Assembly: GCA_963704725.1 (NCBI GenBank)
Contig: OY969934.1
Span: 1,472,001 to 1,536,000 of the forward strand
DNA length: 64,000 bases
Direction of reading: 5' to 3'
Source of the DNA: an uncultured Actinomycetes bacterium
Lineage (GTDB): Bacteria; Actinomycetota; UBA4738; HRBIN12
A model generated the notes under the pieces. It made no database searches, had not been told where the DNA came from, and was given only the letters and a program-made list of their open reading frames with translations. The translations under genes and the position numbers were made by a program. Positions 29,133 through 37,810 of this stretch are shown here, one piece after another; the first letter of the stretch is position 1, and each line of letters begins with the position of its first letter.

Positions 29133-30762
29133 GCGTCCGGAGGTCTACGACGAGCCTCGCGCCTCTCGGGCCGTCGCCGTCTTCACCTCGAGGCGAGCGG
29201 GGAAGCAGGGGGCCCTGTGGGGGCTGGTCTTCGGGGCGACGATCGCGGCGTCGGCGTCCTCGTACGCGGGGCTGTTTCCCACGGCCGCCTCGCGCGTGGA
29301 GGTGGCGCGCTCGTTCCAGGGCAACGCCGCATGGGCGGCGCTGTTCGGCCCGCTCCGACGTCTCGACACGGTGGCGGGGTACACCGTCTACAAGTCCGGG
29401 ATGACCGTGATCATCCTGGGGGCGATCTGGGGACTCCTCGTCGCGACGCGGGTGACGCGCGGCGAGGAGGACGCGGGCCGGTGGGAGCTCTTCCTGGCCG
29501 GCCGGACCACCCGCCGCCGAGCGGCCGTGCAGGCCGCCGTCGGATTGGGCGCGGGCTTCGTCGCGGTGTGGGTGCCGACGGCGCTCCTGACCGCCGCGGC
29601 CGGAGCCTCGGAGAAGGTCGGCATCGGCGCGGGGGCCTCCCTGTTCTTCGCGACGGCGCTCCTGTCCGCGACCGCGATGTTCATGGCGATCGGCATGCTC
29701 GCGGGCCAGGTCGCCGCCACCCGGCGCGATGCGAACCTGATCGGCGCCGGGGTCCTCGCCGCCTCCTATCTGATCCGGATGGCCGCCGACTCGGATCCCG
29801 GGCTCGGGTGGCTCCGGTGGGCGAGCCCCCTCGGATGGATCGAGGAGCTTCGGCCCCTCACCGGCTCTCGGCCCTTCGCGTTCGTGCCGATCGTCCTGTT
29901 CGGGGTGGTGCTGGTCGGCGGCACGATCCGGATCGCCCGGCAGCGGGACCTGGGGGCGAGCGCGTTCGCGAGCCGGGACGCGCCGAAGCCGCGAACGCTC
30001 CTGCTCGGGGGTCAGGCCGGGCTGACGATCCGCCTCACGCGTCCGGTGATCGCGGCGTGGATCGTTGCGCTCGTCGTGGCCGGCCTCGTCTTCGGCCTGG
30101 TCGCCCAGGCGGCGGGAACCGCGCTGCGCGGCGCGCAGGGCATCGAGCAGGCGATCGAGCGCCTCGGGGGGACCTCGGCAGGCGCCGCGTCGTACCTGGG
30201 GTTCGTGTTCGTGATCGCCGCGGGCCTGGTGGCGATCGCGGTCGCCGGCCAGATCACGGCGGCGCGGAACGAGGAGGCGGCGGGGCATCTGGACAACCTG
30301 CTGGTTCGGCCGGTGGCGCGGTGGCGATGGCTCGTGGTCCGGCTGGGCGTGGCCCTCGGGCTCGTCGTCGTCGCGAGCGCGCTCGCCGGCGTCGCCGCGT
30401 GGATCGGAGCCGTGAGCCAGCACGCCGACGTCGGGTTCGGCGAGCTCCTCGAGGCTGGACTGAACGTCGTCCCTCCGGCCGTGTTCGTGCTCGGGATCGG
30501 CGCGCTCGCCTTCGGCCTGTGGCCCCGAGGAGCGGTCGGCGTCGCGTACGGGATCGTGGTCTGGTCCTTCATCGTCGAGACCATCGCCGCGGCCTTCGAT
30601 TCCAACCACTGGCTGCGGGACACGTCGCCGCTGCTGCACATCGCACCGGTGCCGGCCGCGGATCCGAACTGGACGGCGGCCGTTTGGCTGGTCGGGCTCG
30701 GGCTGCTGGCGGCGGCCCTCGGCGTCGCGGCCTTCGGCCGGCGGGATCTGGCGAGCGCATGA
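29122..30762 (+). CDS. ABC-2 exporter permease (TnrB3/polyketide-antibiotic exporter-like)
   Basis: RGEEDAGRWEL and RNEEAAGHLD repeats, WASPLGW, SPLLHI; about 12 TM segments. Confidence 0.85.
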   Translation: MPRRRPEVYDEPRASRAVAVFTSRRAGKQGALWGLVFGATIAASASSYAGLFPTAASRVEVARSFQGNAAWAALFGPLRRLDTVAGYTVYKSGMTVIILGAIWGLLVATRVTRGEEDAGRWELFLAGRTTRRRAAVQAAVGLGAGFVAVWVPTALLTAAAGASEKVGIGAGASLFFATALLSATAMFMAIGMLAGQVAATRRDANLIGAGVLAASYLIRMAADSDPGLGWLRWASPLGWIEELRPLTGSRPFAFVPIVLFGVVLVGGTIRIARQRDLGASAFASRDAPKPRTLLLGGQAGLTIRLTRPVIAAWIVALVVAGLVFGLVAQAAGTALRGAQGIEQAIERLGGTSAGAASYLGFVFVIAAGLVAIAVAGQITAARNEEAAGHLDNLLVRPVARWRWLVVRLGVALGLVVVASALAGVAAWIGAVSQHADVGFGELLEAGLNVVPPAVFVLGIGALAFGLWPRGAVGVAYGIVVWSFIVETIAAAFDSNHWLRDTSPLLHIAPVPAADPNWTAAVWLVGLGLLAAALGVAAFGRRDLASA

Positions 30763-31235
30763 GCGCGGCCCTCGAATCGCGCCAGGGTCCCGCCGAGTGG
30801 CAGCTCGACTTCATGGAGCGCGTGGCCGCGTTCGCCGACGTGACCGGGCTGCCGCCGAGCCACGTCCGGATGCTGGCCTGGCTGGTCGTGTGCGAGCCGC
30901 AGGAGCAGTCCTCCGCCGACCTGCGCGGGGCGCTCGGCCTGTCGGCCGGCGCGGTGAGCATGGCGACGTCGACGTTGGAGCGGATGGGTCTGATCGAGCG
31001 CTTCACCCGGCCGGGCGATCGCGGGCTCTTCTATCGGTTCTCGTCACGGAGCATGGAGCGGATGCTGCGCCTGCGCCTCGAGGCCACGTCGCGGATGGTG
31101 GCCGCGCTCGAGGACGCGATCGCGCACGCGCCCGCGCAGGCCCGGCTGACGGAGATGCACGACATGTACGACTTCTTCGAGCGCTCGATCGCCGAGTTCG
31201 TGGAACAGAGCATGACGCCGCGCCGGCGCGGCTGA
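30759..31235 (+). CDS. GbsR/MarR family transcriptional regulator
   Basis: ATGA-coupled; GLPPSHVRMLAWL, LGLSAGAVS..L..GLIER..PGDR. Confidence 0.85.
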   Translation: MSAALESRQGPAEWQLDFMERVAAFADVTGLPPSHVRMLAWLVVCEPQEQSSADLRGALGLSAGAVSMATSTLERMGLIERFTRPGDRGLFYRFSSRSMERMLRLRLEATSRMVAALEDAIAHAPAQARLTEMHDMYDFFERSIAEFVEQSMTPRRRG

Positions 31236-31319
31236 CCGGGCCGTCGCGCTTGCGCCGGAGGCGTCCTCGTGCTTGCCTGCACCGGAAGAGCGTCGTGACG
31301 ACGCCATCGGAGGAGGGTC

Positions 31320-31601
31320 ATGAGGAAGATCCTGGCTGCGTCGGCCGTGGCGGTCGTCCTGGGGAGCGTTCCGTCGGTGGCCGCTGCGGGTGGCGGCTGC
31401 GTCTCGCGCCCCGAATACCGGAGCGTGGAGATCGGGATGCGGCAGTCGGAGGTCCGCGGCATCTTCGGCACCGCCGGCGAGCGGATCTCGCACCACGGTG
31501 CCCGCGAGGAGTTCGCGTACGACTTCTGCAGCGGCGGTGTGGTCTTCGTCGACTACCGATCGAACGAGGTCACCGCAAAGCAGTTGGTTCGAGGCGAATA
31601 G
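31320..31601 (+). CDS. Small secreted protein (BLIP/SmpA-OmlA-like fold suspected)
   Basis: GGAGG RBS; signal peptide; VSRPEYRSVEIGMRQSEVRGIFG; two Cys. Confidence 0.65.
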   Translation: MRKILAASAVAVVLGSVPSVAAAGGGCVSRPEYRSVEIGMRQSEVRGIFGTAGERISHHGAREEFAYDFCSGGVVFVDYRSNEVTAKQLVRGE

Positions 31602-31607
31602 AGCTGG

Positions 31608-31714
31608 ACGGTCGGGGCACGGGGCGCTCCGAGATCGTGATCCAGCCCGGCCGAGAAGTGCCCCAATCCGTGGCCCCCGTCGCGTCCAGAGCCCCGACCC
31701 GTGCCCCAAACCGT
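31608..31714. repeat. GTGCCCCAAwCCGT direct repeat plus an inverted partial copy
   Basis: GTGCCCCAATCCGT 31658-31671, GTGCCCCAAACCGT 31701-31714, inverted ACGGTCGGGGCAC 31608-31620. Confidence 0.55.
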
Positions 31715-31846
31715 CTCCGAATCGTGGGACGTTCGTGTCCGCCGCGCATCGGCTTGAGGCAGTAGAGAAGCTACCGCGTGTGTACCTCGTGTCGCGCATG
31801 CCGGGTCCCACCCGGGGGGCACCAGCACCGGGAAGGGGTGAGGAAG

Positions 31847-32353
31847 ATGCGAAGGACGCTCCCGATCGTGGCCCTAATCCTCATGCTCCTCATGCCCTCA
31901 TCCGCCTTGGCTTCGTCCCGTTGGGATCCCGACGACGTCGAAGGGCGGTTCGATCTTCGCTGGATCGGGGCGGCATACACGGCACGTGGCGAGATCCACC
32001 TCTCGGTTTCCTTCTACGACGGGTTCGATTGGCGACTGCTGCCGCGGATGTCGGATCCGTGGTGGGACGAGTCGCGCGCGCTCGTCGTCCTCAGCGGCGC
32101 CAACGCCGGCTACTTCCTCCGGCTCCACGGGAGGGTCGTGTTCCTCTGGGGGGACTTCGGCTCGACCTGTTGCGCGAGAGACCCGGTCACGCGCCCTTCG
32201 GCGAACGTCCTCAGCGTTACCTTCGACCCTTGCTCGTACGCGTACGGAGAGGAGCTCGACATGGCGATGGGCAGGAGCTTCTGGCGCCCCCGCCGTGTCG
32301 GAGCCGTGGACGAGACCGAGGCCGTGCGCTATGCGCACCCTGAATGTGACTGA
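31847..32353 (+). CDS. Secreted hypothetical protein
   Basis: GAGGA RBS; MRRTLPIVALILMLLMPSSALA signal peptide; DPDDVEGRFDLR; four Cys. Confidence 0.65.
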   Translation: MRRTLPIVALILMLLMPSSALASSRWDPDDVEGRFDLRWIGAAYTARGEIHLSVSFYDGFDWRLLPRMSDPWWDESRALVVLSGANAGYFLRLHGRVVFLWGDFGSTCCARDPVTRPSANVLSVTFDPCSYAYGEELDMAMGRSFWRPRRVGAVDETEAVRYAHPECD

Positions 32354-32410
32354 TTCGAACCGGCCGTGCTCGGGTGTGGCGGCGCCGAACTACAGCACGG
32401 AGCTCATCTC

Positions 32411-33331
32411 TCAGCCGACGAACGCATCGATTCGTCGGCGCACGACGGGATCGTCCGCCATGGATGGCAAGATCCGAGTTCGTTGGGCCTGCGCCCGCAG
32501 TTGCCGCTCGAAGAGGCCGCTCAACTCCTCGTCCGAGGCCTTCAGCAGCGTGGCCGACAAGCGGGCCGCCCACTCGAGGAGCTCGAACGCGATGTCTTTG
32601 TTGAGTGTGTGGAAACGAACACCCTGCGCCTCGAGGAGTCGCATGCCCTCGACATGCGTCGCGAGTAGGACGTCCGGCCCGGCCGAGGGTACGACCTGCG
32701 CGAGTGCGGATTGGCGGTCGTCGAGAGCGGCGTTGCCTCCGAAGCCCGTCGTTGCGAAGACGCCCCGGTGATCGACGACGAACGACCGCACGGTCACACT
32801 GACAGACGGCCATAGCCGGAGGAGTCGTGCGCGAAGGACCTGCGCGACGACTCCGTCCCCCGGCCTGAACAAGATCGAGGTCATCGCGCCGACCCCGTCG
32901 AGTCCCCTCATCAGCGGCAGGAACCCCTGTCCTTCGAACCACACCGTAGCGGTCTCAACCCCGCGGGACAGCCTGGCGGGCGTCAGCCGATAGCCGTTCT
33001 CGATCCGGCGCCGGAGCTGCGCGCGGAGGCCGAACGCGTTGAGCTTCCTTCGACCCCACGGCGTGACGACAACGAGGAACGCCAGGGAGAGGAACAAGAG
33101 GAAGCCGGCGAAGACGGCACCGGCAAGCCGGGCCACCCCAACCGGGAGGAACAGGCACGCCACCCCCGAGACGGCCAGCATCAGGAGCCGGCTCCGGAAC
33201 GGGAGCGTCCTCATCCAGCCTGCCCAGACGGCTACGGTGAGGCCAAACGCAAGGATGAACCAGACCATCGCCAGGACGCCGGAGAGGCTGTTCAGGTCCT
33301 GGAAGAGGAACCTCGCCTGCTCGGACTCCAT
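32411..33331 (-). CDS. Hypothetical membrane protein
   Basis: Three N-terminal hydrophobic segments then a soluble domain; start could be 33352. Confidence 0.6.
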   Translation of the reverse strand: MESEQARFLFQDLNSLSGVLAMVWFILAFGLTVAVWAGWMRTLPFRSRLLMLAVSGVACLFLPVGVARLAGAVFAGFLLFLSLAFLVVVTPWGRRKLNAFGLRAQLRRRIENGYRLTPARLSRGVETATVWFEGQGFLPLMRGLDGVGAMTSILFRPGDGVVAQVLRARLLRLWPSVSVTVRSFVVDHRGVFATTGFGGNAALDDRQSALAQVVPSAGPDVLLATHVEGMRLLEAQGVRFHTLNKDIAFELLEWAARLSATLLKASDEELSGLFERQLRAQAQRTRILPSMADDPVVRRRIDAFVG

Positions 33332-33473
33332 CGGTGCCCTCGCGCCCCTCACATGTACTCCGGCCCCGTCCGGCGAGGCCTACCCTGCCCATCGGTCGAA
33401 CGACGCAGATCCCTGAGTTCTCCGGGGAAACGAGGGAGTGGTTCCCAATGGGACGGTTGGTTCTTGTCCGCCT

Positions 33474-33576
33474 CTGACCTGCGGAAGCGCGCCGGGGAGG
33501 GATCGAACCTCCGACCCGCTGCTTAGAAGGCAGCCGCTCTATCCACTGAGCTACCGGCGCTCGCTGACCTGCGGAA
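33474..33576. repeat. 13-bp direct repeat CTGACCTGCGGAA flanking tRNA-Arg
   Basis: Identical copies at 33474-33486 and 33564-33576. Confidence 0.85.
33488..33560 (-). tRNA. tRNA-Arg(UCU)
   Basis: Acceptor GCGCCGG/CCGGCGC, D-arm GCTC AGTGGATA GAGC, anticodon arm GCTGC-CTTCTAA-GCAGC, GGTTCGATCC T-arm; CCA not encoded. Confidence 0.96.
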
Positions 33577-33654
33577 CCGCGCTCTTCGGCGATTGCATGC
33601 CGCATGGAGATTGTAAGCACATCAGACCTGACAACTGAGGTAACGAGCATGCAG

Positions 33655-33701
33655 GGTCGTAGACGACCTGTTCGCCCGGTGGAGACCGGCGACCGCGAAC
33701 A
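33655..33701 (-). terminator. Tandem hairpins just downstream of the fic stop; possible terminator
   Basis: TGTTCGC/GCGAACA enclosing CCGGT/ACCGG, plus an adjacent GGTCGT/ACGACC stem; no U tract. Confidence 0.4.
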
Positions 33702-33714
33702 ACCCCGTCAGACG

Positions 33715-34722
33715 CTAGCCCTGACGCTTGTAGCGACTCGCTCGGTATTCATCGACCCAGTTGCGTGTGCTCCGCCACTGGCCTCGCTCGTCTCGTTGCG
33801 CTCGCAGGCGTCCGCGCTCGGCCGCCGCGCGGAGGGCACGGGCCGTGATCTCACGATCGGCGAGCGCGGCGAGCGGCACGAGTCTCGCCGGTCCCGCAAC
33901 GGCGGGCACGATGAAGCGCATGAGCGTGTCGATGATCGCCCGAGCGATGAACTCGCCGAGCGGACCGGGATCCCCCGCGTCGGCTCGCCGAAGTGCCGTC
34001 AGGTATCGGGTCCGTTCCGCCTTGCGGATGATCGCGGGCGGGTACCCGAGCCGTATCAAGAGGAGGTTCGTCACGAGGCGGCCCGTCCTGCCGTTGCCAT
34101 CTAGGAACGGATGGATCCGCTCGAACTCCGCGTGGATGGCAGCGAGGGCCTCGGGGAAGGGCCCCTCGGCTTCGCGAAGGGCCGACGCTCGGGCGACCCA
34201 GTCGGTCGTTAGCGCTTGGACCTCGGGCCAGTCCGGGGGCCGCATGCCGCCGGGGAAGGGGTGGATGTTGTGCTGTCGGAGCGAGCCCGGCCCTTCGTTC
34301 GGGGCGGCGTCCGGGTGTGGCGCGACCTCCCACACCTTCGATATCGCAAGCGTGTGGACGTGTCGAACTTCGGTCAGCGAGATGAGGTCGCCGGTCGTCC
34401 AGTCGCCCGGGGACAGGCCCTGCTGGTACACCCATTGGGCCGCGTCCGCGTACCCCCGGACCTCCAGGTACTCGGCGAGCTGCTTGTCACCGATCGCCCT
34501 GCCCTCGCGCAGCAGGATCTCGACCTCTCGGAGGACGAGCGTGTTGCCCTCGATCGCCGTCGAGTTGTGGGCCTCCTGGAACCAGATGTCCCCCCAGATG
34601 TCCTCCGCCTCGACGGGGGAGGGGAGGCCGCCGAGGCGGCTTCGCAGCTCCTGGACACCCTCGGTGAGCTGCGCGTAGATCGCCTCTCGGCTCCGGCGGC
34701 CTCCGCGGCGCTCGACAGCCAT
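33715..34722 (-). CDS. Fic-domain protein (class II, self-inhibited) with putative C-terminal HTH
   Basis: HPFLDGNGRTGR catalytic motif, N-terminal STAIEGN inhibitory motif, basic C-terminal tail. Confidence 0.93.
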   Translation of the reverse strand: MAVERRGGRRSREAIYAQLTEGVQELRSRLGGLPSPVEAEDIWGDIWFQEAHNSTAIEGNTLVLREVEILLREGRAIGDKQLAEYLEVRGYADAAQWVYQQGLSPGDWTTGDLISLTEVRHVHTLAISKVWEVAPHPDAAPNEGPGSLRQHNIHPFPGGMRPPDWPEVQALTTDWVARASALREAEGPFPEALAAIHAEFERIHPFLDGNGRTGRLVTNLLLIRLGYPPAIIRKAERTRYLTALRRADAGDPGPLGEFIARAIIDTLMRFIVPAVAGPARLVPLAALADREITARALRAAAERGRLRAQRDERGQWRSTRNWVDEYRASRYKRQG

Positions 34723-34728
34723 GGAGCC

Positions 34729-34840
34729 AGGGTAGCGCAGATGTTGTGTCGCTGTCGGCGAACAAACGAGCACGACACAAAGTAGCTGCCGCGGAGGTTT
34801 GTGTCGTGGGGGCCCCAGAAGAATCGGCACGACACAAACC
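34729..34840 (-). promoter_or_regulatory. Leaderless fic promoter with two inverted-repeat operator-like pairs
   Basis: TACCCT 6 nt before the ATG; TTGTGTCG 34744-34751 / CGACACAA 34773-34780; GGTTTGTGTCGTG 34796-34808 / CACGACACAAACC 34828-34840. Confidence 0.7.
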
Positions 34841-34942
34841 GCCGGTCCGTGTGAGAGGCGACCAGCCCCCTGCGAGCACCTGTCACGCTTTGCTCTTGCG
34901 CGTGATCGGACGGCGCGAGGCTCACCTGTTGTCGTCGACGCG

Positions 34943-35056
34943 CTATTCGGCCACTCGCATCACCTGGCCCAGTTCGACGGCCACCCGGGTCGAGAGCGCG
35001 TATGACACGACCTGTGAGCGCTGCCGCGCCTGCAGGTACATGAGCATTCCGAACAC
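34943..35056 (-). pseudogene. Internally deleted remnant of an FtsX-like permease C-terminus (paralogue of 10981..13722)
   Basis: GMLMYLQARQRSQVVSYALS..AVELGQVMRVAE* versus GMLMYLQARQRSQEVSYGLS...AVDLGEVMRLAE*. Confidence 0.8.
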
Positions 35057-35196
35057 GGGTTTGGAGATCGATTCGACGGGGGATGCTGGTCTTTCTGTCC
35101 GTGTCCGGACGGTAGGAGTTCGAGATGACCGCTTCAGTCGAGGGGCGCCTGCGGTCGACAACTCTCGAAAGACGTGGGGGTCGAAGGCGTGACCGG

Positions 35197-35355
35197 ATGG
35201 TGAAGCTGCTCATCGGGTGGGCGGTGGTCTCCGTACCCGTCGGGGTGCTCGTCGGAACGGCCATCCGACTCCGCGAGCGCTCTCCGGAGACCCGGATCTC
35301 CAGGCAGGACCGGGACATCGAGCCCGACGAGGCTCCCCGCCGGGCCGCGAGCTAG
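35197..35355 (+). CDS. Small single-pass membrane protein
   Basis: MVKLLIGWAVVSVPVGVLVGTAIR followed by a charged tail. Confidence 0.45.
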   Translation: MVKLLIGWAVVSVPVGVLVGTAIRLRERSPETRISRQDRDIEPDEAPRRAAS

Positions 35356-35419
35356 GCACCACACGATCGCCAGATCATCCCGAGCCGGCCGGGGCGGTCG
35401 CGCCGGTATCGTCGACCAC

Positions 35420-36106
35420 ATGTTCCGCCGTGCTCTCTCCTTCGTCGCCGCCCTGACGGTCGCAGCCGGCCTGGCCGCCTGTGCGCAGAGCCAGCCGGAC
35501 CCTCCGGCCGGCGCCCGCAGGATCACGATCCGAACGCCGGACGGCGAGCGGCTCGTCGCGGTCGAGCTCGGGGGAGGCGATCGGGTCGCGGTGCTGTCCC
35601 ACGGGGCGACGGGGACGAAGGAGGACTTCTACGGCCTCGCCTCGGCGTTCGCCGACGCCGGCTGGCTCGCGATCGCCTACGACGCGCGCGGCGTGGGCGA
35701 CTCCACGGGGGCACGCGGCGAGAGCCGCGACGTGGACCTTCGGGCGGTGGTCGAGTGGGCCCGGTCGGAGGGTGCGGTCTCGATCGTCCTGGTCGGCGGC
35801 TCGCTCGGGGCCTCGCTCTCGGTCGCGATGGCGGCCGAGCTCGAGGCCGACGCCGTGGTCAGCCTGTCGGCGCCGGCCGATGCGTTCGGGGCGCTGGCCG
35901 CGGCGGGGGATCTGCGCGACCGGATCCCGGTGTTCGTCGCCGCGGCGAAGGACAACCAGCCCTACGCCGACGATGCCCGGGCCATCGCCGACGCACTCGG
36001 CGTCGAGCCGACGATCGTCACCGGCCGGGGCCACGGCACGGGGATGTTTCTCGACCACCCCGATCTCGTGGACACCGTCGTCGAGTTCGCGACCTCGAGC
36101 GTGTGA
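35420..36106 (+). CDS. Alpha/beta hydrolase lipoprotein
   Basis: LAAC lipobox; SHG, YDARGVGDS, GGSLG nucleophile elbow, GHGT. Confidence 0.85.
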   Translation: MFRRALSFVAALTVAAGLAACAQSQPDPPAGARRITIRTPDGERLVAVELGGGDRVAVLSHGATGTKEDFYGLASAFADAGWLAIAYDARGVGDSTGARGESRDVDLRAVVEWARSEGAVSIVLVGGSLGASLSVAMAAELEADAVVSLSAPADAFGALAAAGDLRDRIPVFVAAAKDNQPYADDARAIADALGVEPTIVTGRGHGTGMFLDHPDLVDTVVEFATSSV

Positions 36107-36112
36107 CGGCTC

Positions 36113-36490
36113 TCACGCGGCCCGCAGGACCAGGAAGCCGGTGACCCGCATCGCGCGCAGGAGGGGCCGGATCAGGGGCGGCGCGATCGCCGCCCGGACG
36201 TCGGTCACGATGCGCGGATCCTCGAGCGCGACCACGAGTCCCCGGGTCTCCACCTCGCACCGACCGGCGGCCATGACGTTGTGGACCCAGTCGCGATCGA
36301 CCCCGTACGTGAGCGCGATCACGTAGCGCTCACCCGATCGGAAGAGGTTGACCGGTGTTCGGTACCGGCGCCCGCTCCGCCGGCCGACGTGCCGCACGAC
36401 GGCGAAGCCCGGCAGATGGCCGGCGAACCTGCGGGACACGGCGTTGGTGCCTCGGCGGTTGAACCTGGCGAGCCATCCGGGGAGTGGCAT
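36113..36490 (-). CDS. F420-dependent nitroreductase family (Ddn-like) protein
   Basis: HVGRRSGRRYRTPV, LTYG..DWVHNV. Confidence 0.88.
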   Translation of the reverse strand: MPLPGWLARFNRRGTNAVSRRFAGHLPGFAVVRHVGRRSGRRYRTPVNLFRSGERYVIALTYGVDRDWVHNVMAAGRCEVETRGLVVALEDPRIVTDVRAAIAPPLIRPLLRAMRVTGFLVLRAA

Positions 36491-36529
36491 CTCAGGCGGG
36501 ACTACCCGTTCGGGCGACCGGGCACGCGA

Positions 36530-37174
36530 TCAACCCTGCAGGATCTGACGCTTCTGGGCCTCGAACTCCTCGTCGGTGAGCACGCCCTGCTCCTTCAGCT
36601 TGGCCAAGCGCTCGAGCCGGGCCAGCCGCTCGTCCACGACGTCGTCCTCGGCGGGTGGCGCCGGAGGAGGCGGCGGCGCAGCGCCGCCCTGCTGGGCCGC
36701 GAGCGCGTCCGGATCGATGCCGAGCATCCGGAGCTTGGCCTTCTGCTCCTCGGAGATCTGGGACAGATCCCGGCCGGACAGGTTCACCACCATCGGACCG
36801 CCCGCTCCGCCCGCGGGTGTCCCGGTGGGCGCTCCCTCGCCCCGCATCATCGCCGCGAGGTTCTCCGCGCTCTGGCGGGACCGGTCCCCGGACGACTGAA
36901 CCTCGTCCCACTCGATGTCGACGCGCTGCGGGTCGGCCCGGTCCACGGTCACGGGCAGGACCATGCCCGGCATCGGCCAGCGGTCGCGGTGCACGAGCCC
37001 GTGGTGCGCGACGGCCGTGGGCGGGACGCCCTCTGCCTGCACGACGAACTGGATCGTGCACATCTGGAGCACGCCGCGGCCTCGGTTCATCGACGCGGAG
37101 ACCACCTGGGCGGTCCCTCGGACCGGGTCGCGCATGCCCCCGGCGCCGCCCTTGAGCAGATCCTTCAACCCCAT
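36530..37174 (-). CDS. SHOCT-domain protein
   Basis: C-terminal LERLAKLKEQGVLTDEEFEAQKRQIL; N-terminal beta domain and Pro-rich linker. Confidence 0.8.
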   Translation of the reverse strand: MGLKDLLKGGAGGMRDPVRGTAQVVSASMNRGRGVLQMCTIQFVVQAEGVPPTAVAHHGLVHRDRWPMPGMVLPVTVDRADPQRVDIEWDEVQSSGDRSRQSAENLAAMMRGEGAPTGTPAGGAGGPMVVNLSGRDLSQISEEQKAKLRMLGIDPDALAAQQGGAAPPPPPAPPAEDDVVDERLARLERLAKLKEQGVLTDEEFEAQKRQILQG

Positions 37175-37247
37175 CGCGGCGCGGAGCGTACCGTGCCGCG
37201 GGGGCCGATGGGTGGGGCGGAGGCACGGCGGTAGCGGGCGGAAGCGC

Positions 37248-37679
37248 CTACAGGGCCGGCGTGCCGAGGATCTTGCGGGTCCGCCGGGCCATGCCCTCGA
37301 GCAGCTTGAGCCCGAGATCCGGCTCCTCACGCAGGAGCCGGCGGAAGGCGGTGCGCTCGATCCGGATGGTCACGAGGGGTGTCGCGGCGATCACGGTGGC
37401 CACCCGCTCGCCCCCGTCCAGGAGCGCGAGCTCGCCGAAGAAGTCGCCCGGCCCGAGCTCGGCCTCGCCCCGGGCGGTCACGATCTTGCCCTTCACGACC
37501 TTGGCCCGCCCCTCCACGATCACGTAGAAGGCCCGTCCCGGGTCGTCCTTCTTCACGATGACCCGGCCGGCGTTGTAGGCGGTCTGCTCGGCGAGGGCGG
37601 CGACCCGCCCGAGCTGGGTGCGCGACAGCCCCGCGAACAGGGGGACCTGCGACAGGAGCTGGATCTCGGGGCGCGGCAC
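37248..37679 (-). CDS. Stand-alone cyclic nucleotide-binding domain protein
   Basis: VPLFAGLS, FYVIVEG, LGPGDFFGELALL..RVATV. Confidence 0.9.
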   Translation of the reverse strand: MPRPEIQLLSQVPLFAGLSRTQLGRVAALAEQTAYNAGRVIVKKDDPGRAFYVIVEGRAKVVKGKIVTARGEAELGPGDFFGELALLDGGERVATVIAATPLVTIRIERTAFRRLLREEPDLGLKLLEGMARRTRKILGTPAL

Positions 37680-37810
37680 GCGGGTATTTCACCAGCCGGC
37701 GGCCGACCTGACAGCCGCGCGTGCCTGGGCTGCTGGGGGGTACGGTGTAGTGCAGCGCGGCGGAGAGGGCGCCGCGGCTTCTGCACGCTCGAAGGGGGAT
37801 CGGCATCGCG

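Noticed and set aside
33655-33701. Structured segment as a novel ncRNA
   Set aside because: It is short and sits directly after the fic stop; a terminator-like hairpin explains it, and no covariation evidence is available.
34744-34840. Repeats as a mini-CRISPR array or IS terminal repeats
   Set aside because: Units are only 8-13 bp and alternate in orientation; no cas gene, transposase or target duplication is present.
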